Positions 31,889 through 47,680 are shown, numbered from the stretch's first letter. The stretch is DNA of 64,000 bases from Octopus vulgaris (GCA_951406725.2 OX597824.1:92442001-92506000), one strand, 5' to 3'. A program made the numbers and translations. The notes: generated from the sequence alone by a model not told the origin.

Positions 31889-32031
31889 CGAGGGAAGGAT
31901 GACCTCCCTTTGCAAATCCCATAAGAGCACAGAAAGTGTGCCTATAGCCAGCTGGAGGAGATGTTCTCCTGGGGCTACAAACGACAGTAACACCCACCCT
32001 TAGTGGTTAACCATATTGAGATGGCAAATAT

Positions 32032-32033
<2 letters not shown>
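31889..32033 (+). mobile_element. Partial copy of family H4, without the ribozyme segment
   Basis: Reverse complement of about 54358-54503 (gagggaaggatgacctccctttgcaaa...ccagctgg...cctggggcta...cagtaacaccc). Confidence 0.75.
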
Positions 32034-32123
<90 letters not shown>

Positions 32124-33255
32124 CTTTGATACTTTGATAGGTTTCGGCCATTATTGGCCCAGGCCATGTCTAACTTAATAGCACCACCTGGTTATATATA
32201 TACATATTCATTTTCACATTTTATTGAAATACATATACTTAATACACTTATGCATATATGTACACATGTGAGATGTTCAGTGTGTGTATCTGTGCGTGTG
32301 TATGCGTTTGTGGTTTGTGTGTGAGCACTTCAATGCCAAAGGTTTTAGCGCTGGCAAATGGAATACCGAGTAGTCGGTTACTGGTTATGGTTTTTGGAGT
32401 ATCAAAAATCATTTATTTACCTTAAAAAATAATGCTTGCTTTAATCTTAGTTTCCTGCCCGAAACTGTCAAAGACAACCCAACCTGAGCAATGATGGTGT
32501 TAAACGTTAAAAGGAATATTCAGAATGCAAAATGACATTCATAAAGGGAGCATAATTTGTTACACGTGTAAAGATTATTTTGAATAAAGGCTGGAAAAAA
32601 ATGTTGCTAGTGTATAAAGGAAAAACGCAATATTTGATTTTGTATAAAAATAGAGAAGTAAATACAGCCATAATTCAATTCAATCCTCTGTATTGAAAAA
32701 CATATTGGGCCATTGATGGAAAGTTATTCTCGCTCGTTCTATGTGATGTTACAAAAAGGAACAGAGAAAAGAAGCAAGAGAAACTGGTTGAAAGAAAAAA
32801 AAACAGAGAGAGAGAAGAAAGAAAAAAAGAGAACTAATGCTTCAGAAAATTTACAGAATATGTCAATACGTAGTTGATTCTAGAAAGCGATCGAAATTTG
32901 GATTTTCTTTCAAAAATAATGTAAGCTGATCAAATAGCTTTCAAAATTTGCACAAATGGAGTTGTTTAAACGGGGAACAAAACGATTAAATGGGACACAG
33001 TATAAACGTCTTCCGCCGCACATAACCATGGAATTCTCGCTTTCTGAAAATTGTATAACCACATTTTTGAATCCACAAAAGTTTGTAGTCAAGATGTCCT
33101 TAGATGAGATCAAACAGTTATCGCATTTCTGCAATATGAACGCAGTTTCCGTTATACAAATCTTGCAACTCAGCAGATTTTTTTTATAAATATGTATTGT
33201 AGGCCTAAAGCAATGTTTCAGAAATTTATTCTCCAAATATACATATATACATGCA

Positions 33256-33326
<71 letters not shown>

Positions 33327-33328
<2 letters not shown>

Positions 33329-33653
33329 TGAGGGAGATAAATTGAATATTAATTTAATTAATATCAATTTAAAACCAGTAGCCTAGCATATAAAAATCTG
33401 AAAAATCAGAAAAAATTCCAATACATGTGTATATGTGGGCAGCCATATGCGAGAAGTAGATCACATATGATCAAACTACAAAGAAAAAATGTTCTCCAGA
33501 GAAAATTCAACGAACACCAAAACATAGGCCGGCAAGACAGATGAAAATTACATAAAAATCAAGAATTAATCGTTTGATCGTATGTGATCTACTTCTAGCA
33601 TATGGCTGTCCACATAGTGGTTTTTAGCCCTAAATATTCACATGTATTGGAAT
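33327..33653. mobile_element. TA-embedded element with internal inverted duplication
   Basis: 33415-33476 pairs with 33572-33653 (tatgtgggcagccatatgcgagaagtagatcacata vs tatgtgatctacttctagcatatggctgtccacata). Confidence 0.7.
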
Positions 33654-33784
33654 ATATATATTTTTTAATGTCCAAATATATTTTGTACGTCCAGTAGCAA
33701 TCGTTTTATTCAGTTTGACTAGTGAATCCTTGTACAAATGGCATTGCATCAGAAATATATTTTCTATTTCGCCTATATAACATT

Positions 33785-33880
33785 TCACGCTCAAATGACA
33801 TTGGTTGGGCCGCGGGTATGGAAGAAGACACTGGTCTGTGGTGCCACTTGGTGGGACTGAAACCTGGTCCACGTTGTTGT
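33785..33880 (-). mobile_element. SINE family A head fragment, degenerate
   Basis: agaagacact...gtgccac..gtgggactgaa. Confidence 0.6.
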
Positions 33881-34576
33881 GACGCACATACACACTCGCG
33901 TTCACACACACACACACACACACATGCATATCGTTCGTTCAATACATATTCTTAATTCATAAATCATTAGTAATATAACATTAGGACGATTGCTGCTAAA
34001 ATTGATAGAATGTCAGTTTGCGCTATTAAATTATTTTACTCACGATTCTTGATTCCGCCCTCCCTCCTCACCTCGTCGCCCTTGTCTTTCATCTAACAAT
34101 GAAGTTTAATCAATTAATGTAGCAAAGAATTATTGAGGTCAAACAATTATTGTGAGTCATTCCATAAAGAAAATATTGTCTTTGCACTGCGTTTACAATT
34201 CGTTATTAACACGATGTGGCAGGTTTCCGTGCATTGTGCCTGAAACGGTATCCCTGTCATCTTACCACTCTCTACATTTCCACTCTGTTCTTCCACTCTG
34301 GTTCATCTACGCTTTTAAATCTTCCAAGTATTTTTAATTGTTTATATGACAAATGCAAAGCTTACATTGTACATAACGAAAATGAAATTAGATAACCTAG
34401 TCACACATTATCTTTTTTAATGCAAGTTGCTCCCAGTTAGAACACTTCGATGCCACATATACGACATTAAACAATCTATTGCCTTTATATTAAATCTATA
34501 ATAGAATATCACCTGATTTAAAGGTATAATAGTGCATAACAATATGGAACATATAGTATGTTACAATTAATCGAGC

Positions 34577-34794
34577 AAAGAATGTTTGCCAATTGTTTGC
34601 TGTAATTTAGCCCCAGGGGACATCGGCTCCAGCTGGCTATACGACACGATCTGTGTCCTTATATTTTCGAACAAGAGAATATAGCACCCCCACTCAGCTC
34701 AAAACAATATCTGTGTATTGCGATTTCCAGGGCTAAATTACAGCAACATTCGTCATAAACCAGGACTGCCATGTTACACTGGCAAACAATCTTT
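34577..34794. repeat. Nested inverted-repeat element sharing a motif with family H4
   Basis: Perfect 17-bp IR at 34597-34613 / 34730-34746; outer 14/15 IR at 34577-34591 / 34780-34794. Confidence 0.65.
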
Positions 34795-35242
34795 ATTCCA
34801 AAGTACTGTTGCTGAATATCTCTCGTGAGATTTACTGATAGTAATTTTCTAAGTCACAATTAATGTTTTTCAAGAAAACATCATTGCATTTGAATAATTA
34901 AAAGATATAAACACGTCTGTGTTGGGAAAATAAAATAGTACACAGCCTTAGGTAAAGCAAGGTGAATATTGTTGGGTAATATTTTCTATATAGAGGAAAA
35001 CTTACTACGCTAAAATATCAGTTTATACAAAAAAAAAGGAGGCCTCAAATTGAATTACTTTTATATCAATTTTTGCAATTTCAAATGTGCATCTCAGCTA
35101 CGGACTTCGTCTATCTATTTAGATTTATTTATTTATTTTATTTGTGCGTGTAAATATTATTAGAACTCTACAACTTGGTCAGCAGTTTTGGAGAGGCTTT
35201 GGAAATTGAGGCCACCTGTGATCAGGCAAGACTATATATATA

Positions 35243-35311
<69 letters not shown>

Positions 35312-35499
35312 CTCGCTCTCTCTCAATATATATATATATGGCTACACCTCTCCACACGGATCGCAGTGGACTCTACTCTTGATAAGAGTTACTTGCAATA
35401 CGCCACGACGTCTAAAAACCTTTGAACTTTACGTAAAACTGTCATTTTTGCCTTTATTTTATTTATATGTATTTATTTTTATATATTATTTTTATATTT

Positions 35500-35668
35500 G
35501 CCACTACACGTATTTTTGTCTCTCCTTGTTTTTTTCTGTGTCCCCTTCTGTAGAAGGGCTTAGACTCGAAACGTAAAATACTTTTTCTATACCTGAGCGT
35601 TATACTAATACATCTGTTTGTTTTGTACACCACCTGTCTTCGTCTTTTGTTTTTTTTTCGTAAACTTT

Positions 35669-35672
<4 letters not shown>
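35500..35672 (+). mobile_element. Hammerhead-like element family H1, copy 3
   Basis: cttctgtagaagggcttagactcgaaacgtaaaa at about 35545-35578; ends in cccta(TA)n. Confidence 0.7.
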
Positions 35673-35719
<47 letters not shown>

Positions 35720-36257
35720 CGGAGAGTGTAGGCATGTGAATGTGTTTATGTGCTTCGTTGCAGTTTCTAGGTAGGTTTGTGCTCAGGAGACCGAAGCTAT
35801 ATGCAGTTGTTCACTAAAATTATTTTGAGAAAGAAAACATGAACACAAAATACTGACCTATGGTTATCATTTCATTGTAAAAGATTATCGTAATACTGTC
35901 ACAGAAGCATTTCCATTTATCCTGCTGCTGTGCTTCCGTTGACAGTTAGCCAAGGATGGATGCAGTGACATACGTGTCGAATATCCCCTTGTCGACATAA
36001 TCCAATGATGTTCAGATATCTCATAGACTTTTCTTATTCATTCTAATGAATAACGAAGCGGGGATTTTCTGATAAGATGAAGCAATCAACATGTACGTGT
36101 GTTTAAAACGACATCAGGAAATTTAGTTTATCCATGGAAGGAATCCTCATCTTCAATGTTGAATACATGCATTAACACAATATGTATTTATACACATATA
36201 CATATATATATATATGTATATACTTATATATATATATACATATACATATACATATAC

Positions 36258-36318
<61 letters not shown>

Positions 36319-36390
36319 TATCTATATATATATATATATATATATAAATCATATACATATATATATATATACATATATATATACATATAC

Positions 36391-36453
<63 letters not shown>

Positions 36454-36967
36454 TATTTATCTATATATATTATATATATATATATATTACATATATATAT
36501 AGAGAGAGAGAGGGGGGAGAGAGAGAGAGCAAGAGAGAGAGAGAGCGAGAGATAGAGCGAGAGCGAGAGATAGAGAGAGAGAGCGAGAGAGAGTCAGAGC
36601 AAAGAAATAATTTAGTAATACACGATACAGAACACGATCAAAAGTATTTGGTTGATGTTTCACGAATATCCATTGTAAATGACGTCCATTTTGGCCAATG
36701 ATAGAAAATATAGGCATCTCACGAGTTCTGTTGGTCAACAAAATCATGCGTAGTGGGCAAAACTCTTGGGGGATTAAGTGATTTCATATGGAATCACGTT
36801 ATTTTGTTTTGCCTTTGCCATGATATGTCTCTATATCATGACGCTGCTCTCTTATCTGACTTTCAACGTCTAAATATTCTTTTAAATGTGATTTTACGTA
36901 ATACAAATTGTGGGCTGTCTTAATATATGTACGTTTATCTTACCCTTGATTGATCTTATGATAATGA

Positions 36968-37430
36968 TTTCAAATTTTGGCTCAAGTCCAACAATCTTAA
37001 GGGAGAGTTAAATACATTACGCTGACCCCAGTACGCGAATGGTACTTATTTTTCTCCTCCCTAAGGATGAAGGGCACCATCGGCCTCGAGGTAAATCTGC
37101 CGTGATCTAATGTGCATTTACTCCTTTCGGGGTCAATAAAATGAATGCCAGTTGAGTGCTAGTGTCGATTTAATCGATTTACCACGTCCATCAAGGTCGT
37201 TTTCCTTGTGCCAAAAATTAAAATTAATATTGCTTATTCTTCGAAGACGGCAAGCCGGCAGAATCGCAAGGATGTCGGACAAACTGCTTACCGGCATTTC
37301 GTCCGTCGCTACGTTTTGATGTCTACTTTGCCTTTTAATGTTCCGGATCGATAAAATAAGTACAAGGTGGACCGGGGGGTCGGTATAAACATCCGAAATT
37401 CCTAGCTTGCGCCGGAATTTGAAACACATA
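36968..37430. mobile_element. Cluster of three degenerate family B SINE fragments (-, +, +)
   Basis: Recurrent cctttcggggtcaataaaat / gataaaataagtac motifs and a ggcagaatcg head. Confidence 0.65.
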
Positions 37431-39821
37431 TTACCTTTGCTTCTGTTCCGAAAACTGAGCCCATCCGTCTTGTTTTAACATTTATCGTCCCGTTGCGGTG
37501 AAAATAAGAAGAAAATTCCGCCAAGTTCTGATATCAATTTAGACGATTATTTTCCTTTCCTATATAAATGTGATTGTGGACTAGAATGAGAATTCTTTAT
37601 CCGTTTATTAACCTTTTAAACGTCACATAACTCAGTCCACAGCGACGTTTTATGACCGATCTGTAGCGCATTTCACTTGACTACGTCCACTAATAAATTT
37701 GTGATTGGCATCGATCTCACACATTAATATTTCTTGGCTTGAGCCATGGGATGTATGGTAAATTTTATCTAAATTTTAGAAGTCATGTTTATGGTGATCT
37801 GTTGGACAATTCATAGAATATTTCAATGTCTTTACTTGGGTGGGGAAATATTTAACATATCGAGGACTCGTTCTTCGTTTGAAGTTGAGAAAAAAGCGAA
37901 AGTTTTATTGCCATGCTGATGACGAATGTAAAATAAAATCATGCGCATGTGCATTGGGGTTATGTCGATAAAGAAAAGCACAATGTACAGTAAGTAAATG
38001 TGTTTATAATATGTCAGTTGGACAAAACTTTACAAAATGATTGCAGCAAATGTAGAGCAAAATGACTAGAAATATTGGTTTCTATCTTTTTACATTATTG
38101 TTACTGGTGGAATTTACCACGTGTAACTTCGAGGTCGAAAATGAATAAGTACTACTTGTCTTTCATTATAGATGCAGCATTTCAGTTTGAGGGAGATTAA
38201 GAAACTGCTTCTTGCAAGTTGAGCGATTGCATAGAAGTTATCTTGTTATAACAGAGTGAGAAATGTGAATACCAAGATATACCCCATTATTGATGGCATC
38301 CTCTGCTAAAGAAGTTATCTGTATGCTTCTTTTCCATCTGCTATAGTTAACAGCTAATTCTTTGTGAAATGAACTTAGAACAGCCTTTCTAAATAGGAAA
38401 ATACATTACTCATAGATAAACAAGAGAATACTAATGCGTCCATCTGTTCTAATTTAATTAAATTCTATGTTTTTGTGCAGCTGAAGATTGCTCTACATTT
38501 TAAATTGATGTAATGTTTGCATTTTTAAATTAAATGAGGTCTGAGACAAACCACGTTTAAAAGAGTTGATGGTCACGGTGTAATGTCTTTAATTACGTTT
38601 GTTCATTTAGGAGTGATCTGTGACAAAATACCAATGCAACGATAAAGGAAAAAGATATGCACAAGCATCTGCAAATATTAACAAAATGTTTAAATCTTTG
38701 CGCTCTATTTTCTTAAAGTGGAGGACCTATCGGTTAATGTAGTTCTACATATGGCCACCCTCTAGCCCCATTAGGCGGAACTGTCATGATTGGAATGCAA
38801 TTGACTAAAAATCTGCAAAAGGAAAATATGTAAATCCTAAAGAATGCAGTGAACAATTTTCGCTGTGATTTGCAAAGGAAATCAGAACCAATTATATACA
38901 GACTATAATTTCGAGAATGCGAGATTATCAATCAACTACATGGTGCATTGTAGAAAAAGCAACTCCAAGCCACAATAAGAAAAACTGCATTCAATCATGT
39001 CCAAGCGGTTTATCTGAGGAGCAGTTAATATTTACATTGAAACACAGATCAACTTAGGTTTTCCCAATAAATAACTGACCCGCATCTGAACAACACCACT
39101 AACATAAAGACATAAAATGATATATTATTGGACAATATTTCTACAGGATTTTATACTCAGCTATAAGATCGTATATTATAATGAAAACACTCTACTTTCC
39201 TATGGTGATAAAGAGACAACACGTTATTATGCTATTTATCGCTGTAACATAAACATGTTTACAGCGATAATCGCTACTGTAACAACATCATGAACGAGTC
39301 CCAATAATATAAGAACAGGGGCAGTTAGAAAGAAAAAAAAAACGTAGCTCCAACAATATCCCTAACATTAACAATATCATTTGACTTGATCCAAGGCGTC
39401 GTATTAGTAGTTCTTGTACGATTTTCCATGGCATAAATAACAACAGCGCCATAAATCAATGTAGAACACCATTATATCGTATATATATCAACGTTGAATA
39501 CAATTTAAAAAAATGTCCTATGGAAACAGCATGGGCCAAAGAAGATATAATGAAAAACATAAAAAGGAAATGGTATTAATAATGATAATATAAACATCAA
39601 GTGTCGGTGATATATAAAAGAAGGTGGCCCCCAAAGTGGGTCAATAATGAAAAAGGGATAGCGAGGGTTTTTTATCATTGCAAGAAGAGCATAAAAAAAA
39701 AATCTATCAATTTTTCTTCATTTAATTGAATCTGACAGCTTATTGGAAGAAACAATCAATCGAAATAAATGAAGAGAATGCGGGGAAACACGCTATTTAT
39801 GCATACAAATTACATGCAAGA

Positions 39822-39958
<137 letters not shown>

Positions 39959-40071
39959 ATATGTATATATATGTAGGTATATATGTATGCATGTATATAC
40001 ATATATGTATATCTATATGTATTTATACATACATATGTGTATATATATGTATATATATATATATGTATGTA

Positions 40072-40277
40072 TCATGTTGATTCGTTAGCTACTGCACGCA
40101 TTTTTTTTCTCTCCTTCTTTCTGTGTTTTTCTCTCTCTGTGTATCTTTCTGTTGAAGAGCGTAGGCTCGAAACGTTAAAGACTTGTTTTATTTAAATTTG
40201 GAGCGCCATACTAATACAATTGTTCGTTTGTTTTCCACCTGCCTTCGTCTTTTGTTTATTTTCATAAAGCTTCCCGT

Positions 40278-40278
<1 letters not shown>
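40072..40278 (+). mobile_element. Hammerhead-like element family H1, copy 4 (distinct subfamily)
   Basis: TCTTT CTGTTGA A GAGC-GTAG-GCTC GAAAC GTT AAAGA at 40144-40181, inside the (TA)n tract at 39825-40630. Confidence 0.75.
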
Positions 40279-40314
<36 letters not shown>

Positions 40315-40353
40315 GTATTATATATATGTATATATATGTATTATATATATATT

Positions 40354-40391
<38 letters not shown>

Positions 40392-40570
40392 TATCTATGT
40401 ATTATATGTATATGCATGTATATACATATGTATATATATAAATATATATATACATGTATGTATTTATATATATTTACGTGTAAATATGTATGTATATATA
40501 TATATATATATATGTGTATATATATGTATATATGTATATTATATATATATATATGTTTGTGTATACATTT

Positions 40571-40631
<61 letters not shown>

Positions 40632-41836
40632 TGAATTTATATAGTTATAGAGATATGTGTCGATGTATATATTCAAGCGTATGATTGGCGTGACTGTCCC
40701 TGATTAATTTATTGAAATATTTCAAGTAAATATTGTTCCACTTTTTTATTCTAAGCTAGCAATCTATTAACCCTCGTTATCGTCTCTGAGAATCATATAT
40801 ATTAGAAGTGTGGTTGTGTGCGTGCACGCGTGTGTGATAGTGTTTGTGTGTGCGTCTGTGTGCGTCTGTATGCGTACTGAGTAACATTTCGACGTACCTA
40901 ATCATGTCAGGTAAAGTCTGGCTGTCGTGAAGGACTGTCATATTGTCGGGAATCTATAAGCATGTAGGAGAATTTAAACCCCCTTTGATTAAAGCCTCAG
41001 CTGAAAATAATGGTAACTCAGCGAAAGTAGGCACCAGAAAGAGTTTTGACAAGTATTAAATGCAGGCGTGGTGTTAATGTCATTTAACCACAGATATGAC
41101 AGTAATATTAGTGCTTTATACATATTTTGGTAATAAACGATTTCTGTATTACGCGACGGCCAATGGGAAATTCTTCATCGTTTAGCTTCATCTGGACAAT
41201 CTGGGACTACGGTATCATCTCACCCGGCATCAATTTGAGTGTACCAGGTAAAGCACCATTTTGCCTCCTCGGAGTCTACAATTGCCAACATCACCTACTT
41301 GAAAGGCTACACATTCCAACAGTCTGCAGCATTCATTACAAGTGAGAGAGCCTTCATAATGTTGGGATATACGATATAAACTTTCTTTGTACTTCAAACG
41401 AGTCACCCTGATAGTGCATCACAATACAATGACACAGCAAGCATACAATACACGTCTTTCCCACAAACACCCACTTAATATAGATTTAGTGACAAAACTA
41501 TGGTACCTGGTTTATATGTGGTGAGACTTCACCTCTCATGTACTGTCGCTATTAACACGTCCATGTCTCCATAACAGACCATCGGCCGCTAGACACTCCT
41601 TTTACTCTCTCGTTCTCTCTCTCTCTCTCTCTCCGTTTTTTGATGAAATTGCAGGGACTACGATGCATAATTGCATACGGAGGAATACGTAGTTGCAGCA
41701 GTAGCAACATATATTGGTCATTGTTGTATATGCTGCAGAAAACATGTTTTTAATAAAACGTTTCGGATGTGAATAAATCACCTCTCTTTTCTTGGTTTTC
41801 AATTATATCTATATATATATATATATATATGCCTAC

Positions 41837-41870
<34 letters not shown>

Positions 41871-41872
<2 letters not shown>

Positions 41873-42275
41873 TCTTTTACTCTTTTACTTGTTTCAGTCA
41901 TTTGACTGCGGCCATGCTGGAGCACCGCCTTTAGTCGAGCAAATCGACATCAAGACTTATTGCTTGTAAGCCTAGTACTTATTCTATCGACGTCTTTTGC
42001 TGAACCGCTAAGTTACGGGGACGTAAACACACCACCATCGGTTGTCAAACGATGTTGGTGGACAAAGACACACAATCATATACACACACGTACACACATA
42101 TATACATATATACGACTGGCTCCTTTCAGTTTCCGCCTCCCAAATCCACTTACAAGACTTGGGTCGGCCCGTGGCTATACTAGAACACACTTACCCAAGA
42201 TGCAACACAGTGGGACTGAACCCGGAACCATGTGATTGGTAAGCAAGCTACTTACCACACAGCCACTCCTGCGCG

Positions 42276-42278
<3 letters not shown>
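41871..42278 (-). mobile_element. SINE family A, full-length
   Basis: Reverse complement of 23991-24395; TA flanks. Confidence 0.92.
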
Positions 42279-42333
<55 letters not shown>

Positions 42334-43083
42334 AAAACTAACACCGACACAGACACAGGCACATATAGCGAAAAGTTTTCATCGGATACAAGATCACTAG
42401 TTTCACGGACAAAATACCTCCCAGTCAATACGTTATTTGGAGCATGCGAATACTCTTCTCAGTTATGAAAAAAGAAATATAGTTTATGAAGAAACCAGTT
42501 GCTCAAGACCTGTACGTTCGTGTGTGCTATCCACTTTATCAAAGATCGACCGACTGATTCATTATTTGATGTTTCATAAATACTATTGGATTCTTATTTA
42601 ATTTTTCAAATATTTACAAATTTCTATTACTTATAACAATTTTTTCTTTCACGGTTTTTTTTCTTGTTCATAAAATTAACTGTTCCAGCGAATATAGACT
42701 CCTTGACTACTTGAATATTTTTCTCATAAAAATTATTTTGTATCATTGATATGAGTTTGTTTAACCAACCAAATCGATCTATGGTCTGTGAAATCACTTA
42801 CACTCACACGCACGCGACTTAGGAGACAGACACATTCATAAATATCTCGTGGCAAAATGTGTATGTAACTGCGTATAGACAAATATGGCGTTTCAAAGCC
42901 TAAAGATTTCAATTCGCGACTAGGAATACATTTTAGGCAATATCAGAAAAGTGTTTCACATCGGATGAGCTTTACCTACAGTCCAATTGTCCAACCATTT
43001 TATATTAGGTGGCACTTGTCCAGTGTCGGTAGAATATTCACAAAACCACACATTTCATGTACTACACAGATATATATACATAT

Positions 43084-43360
43084 AGGCGCAGGAATGGCTG
43101 TGTGGTATGTGGCTTGCTAACCAACCACATGATTCCGGGTTCAGTCCCACTGCGTGACATCTTGGGCAAGTGTCTTCTGCTATAGCCCCGGGCCGACCAA
43201 TGCCTTGTGAGTGGATTTGGTAGACGGAAACTGAAAGAAGCCTGTCGTATATATGTATATATATATGTGTATGTGTGTGTGTGTCTGTGTTTGTCCCCCT
43301 AGCATAGCTTGACAACCGATGCTGGTGTGCTTACGTCCCCGTCACTTAGCGGTTCGGCAA
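43084..43360 (+). mobile_element. SINE family A, 3'-truncated
   Basis: Highly similar to about 23991-24263. Confidence 0.92.
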
Positions 43361-44775
43361 ATTAGCTGCAGAAAATTTCCGCGTGAATGACCGTTGGATA
43401 AGACAAGGATGTGCACAGAGCCATCTATCCGTCCCTTTTGTAGTGTTTCTGTCTTGTTGAAGAAGACACAAAAAAGATAACAAAGAAAAGATGTCATGTT
43501 CGCGACGGAACCGCTTGGCGCCGATGATGTGGTTTTACTTTGTCTTGAAATCATGAATTGGCTTTTTCTCCATACTTACGACTTGAAAGGAACGTCCACG
43601 TGTAATTCTTTGTTACACCAGATGTTTTTTGGTGAAGGTCCTCCTTAACTTTTTAAGATAATCCCCGATAGTGTTTTGCAGCTCTCGGATTAACTGTGAT
43701 GTGGTAATAGCGCCTGACATCTTAGATTGATTTTTGTCGTTGAAAGAGTTGAAATATTCCCGGCAGAGCCTTTCAATTATATCCGATTCTGGTGTACAAA
43801 AGTTATGCATCATTTATAAAGATGGTAATTTCATAATCGCTGTTTTCCGCACATATATCAAAAGAAAAAATGGAATATAGAAAATTTCTTTTCCTTTGTC
43901 GAGTTAATACTTTATAAGCCACGGGAGGGATCTGAAAGAAATAAAATCCGTGAATTAGTTTGAAATTAGTAACATAAAGACAGACAAGGTTTAAGTGTTT
44001 CCAAATAACCCTCGCAACCGAAACACACACAGGTACACACACATATATATGTCTGTGTGTGTGTGTGTGTGTGTTTGTGTGTATACTTGTATACAAATAT
44101 ATATTTATACAGGCACATCTATAAGTATACAGAGGCACACATGCCACACACACACATAAGCATAACTTCTCATATACATTCAGCCATTTATTCATACATC
44201 CAGTGTTGCTTTTTAATAGAAAACCCGAACTATATTCTCTTGGATGAATATAGCTTCCCTCACGGTTCCATGCAGTGTTATCGATGCATTACATTTTTGA
44301 AAGTTACACTACAAACTATTTCCGCTGTCACTCTAGAAATTCTTTAACCGAGTAAAAAAAAAAAAGAAAAAACTTTGTTTTTCTAATGATTAACATCTAA
44401 TATATAATTCATTTTATTTTCTCATAATTAATGATTTTAAAAAATCATATATGACTGATCTTGATTACAATCGAATATTACTGGATATGATATCTCAAAA
44501 CTAATATTTTTATACATCATTCTTTTAAATTATATTTTTGCACCCTGGTTTCGTAGCAGATTTTTCCTAATATGTTAAATTTATACTTATACGTTTATTT
44601 GAAATTAACATTTATATAATATATTTGTTATTACCAAGAAAATTTATCGAGTTGTCATATTTTTTACGTTATCCACCGAGACATACATTTCTAGAAATTA
44701 AATGAGATTTTTTTTCTTTATTTTCTTGAAGATATACGTTCAATAATATCTCTTTCTACTTTCCTACTTTAAATA

Positions 44776-45555
<780 letters not shown>

Positions 45556-45744
45556 ATATGTGTAATGGTTTTCACAAGGCAGTTCCAGTAAGTAACTGGG
45601 ACTCTTTTCGTTTTCACTTTTCTAAAATTATCTGCATGAAGTTCTTTGATGCAGGACGCCCTTCAAATTTGGTAAGCAAAGCATTTGCTTTTATAGTATG
45701 GTGCAAGGCGAGCAATTTCAGAAAAGCAGTAAATCGATTATATT

Positions 45745-45890
45745 AACACAGCTACTTGATTGGTACTTTTTTATCGACCCCGAAAAGCAATGTCGACCTC
45801 GGCAATATTTGAACTCAGAACGTCGAAACACAAGACGAAACACCGGGAAGCAGTTTGTCCTATGTGTTGACGATTCTATAAGCTCACCAA
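45745..45890 (-). mobile_element. SINE family B, degenerate
   Basis: ttatcgaccccgaaa...gtcgacctcggc..tttgaactcagaacg. Confidence 0.75.
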
Positions 45891-45991
45891 ATTAAATTTA
45901 TCAAGCATTACAAATATTTTCATGTTTCTTAAACTAAATGGCTCAATAAAAGAAAAACAAAGAATGAAGGCAAATAACATTAGTATTATTA

Positions 45992-46377
<386 letters not shown>

Positions 46378-46658
46378 AAGCGAGAATGATAATATTATTG
46401 ATAGTATTAGTATTAATAATAATTTTAAATCTATGAATATAAATAATGAACATCAGAAGTAACCACCTTCATATTAATAAAATTTGCAATTAAAATTCAA
46501 ATCCTTTACATATTTCGAGTGTTCTAGAATCACGTTGTTAGAATTTCAAGCTTCATCAGGCTGAAATTAATCAGAATAGCAGAGGACGAAACACGTGGCA
46601 CCACGGAAATATATATATACACATATACATATATACATACATACATACGTACATAGAA

Positions 46659-46695
<37 letters not shown>

Positions 46696-47440
46696 CTTAA
46701 ACATATGCATAAATGTATGATACATATGTGTATATGTATGCATATACATACATGTAAATATATATGCATATATACATATACATACACACACGCACACACA
46801 CACACATATATATATATTTGATACATACGTAATTATATATACACGCAGATATATAGGCATGTATATATAAAACGTGACTGTGTGTGTGTCTGTTTGTATG
46901 TATATACATACACATGTTTAAATGCATATATATGTGTGTTTGCATGTAAGTATGTATGTATGTATGCATTTATGTATGTCTGTATTTACGTGTGTATGTA
47001 TGCATGTATGTATGTATGCATTTATGTATGTCTCTATTTATGTGTGTATGTATGCATGTATGTATGTATGCATGCATGCAAGTACGTATGCAAACGAACA
47101 CGCGAAACGAAAACTAAGTACATAACAAGATTACAAAATGAATTGAAAAATTTTGTAAAAGGAAATGATTGCGGAGAAGCAAATTTGGAGGAAAATTAAA
47201 ACACAAAAGCAACAGAACAACACGAACAGAAATAATACATAGATGCTTAGTAAATGCTCAAATCTGTGTGTTTGGACATATTACTGTTACGAGAGACGGA
47301 GACGCTACAAAATGTTGGGTGGAAAAGAAAAAAAAGATTGCACAAGCAAAATACAACGTGAAATCGTGGCATCATGGTCTACGCTGGTCCACTATCACCC
47401 TCCGTCTGTGTCCGTGTATATTCTACAGTATATATATATA

Positions 47441-47680
47441 TATTGTATAGAGGGCATTATTACACATAAATGCCTCACACTAAGAGGGACAAAGTCATTA
47501 CTACCAAAATTACACTAATCATACCTAAATGCAGTTCTTCAAAGCAAAACATTTAAAAAATGAATTTGTTCAAAAGAAAAAATTATTTTCGAATTCTTTT
47601 CTTTTATGAGGTTTTCACGCAAACTACCTGATAATTTCTTGTTAAGATTCCTTATTAAGAAGTTATCCTTAATTGATAAA
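47441..47680. mobile_element. Rearranged copy of family H5 (segment A forward, segment B inverted)
   Basis: 47441-47567 matches 62396-62523; 47563-47680 is the reverse complement of about 62266-62384; TA flanks. Confidence 0.85.

Noticed and set aside
32910-33260. Overlapping non-repetitive ORFs (116 aa minus, 77 aa plus)
   Set aside because: No recognisable domain or paired splice sites; cannot be supported as coding from sequence alone.
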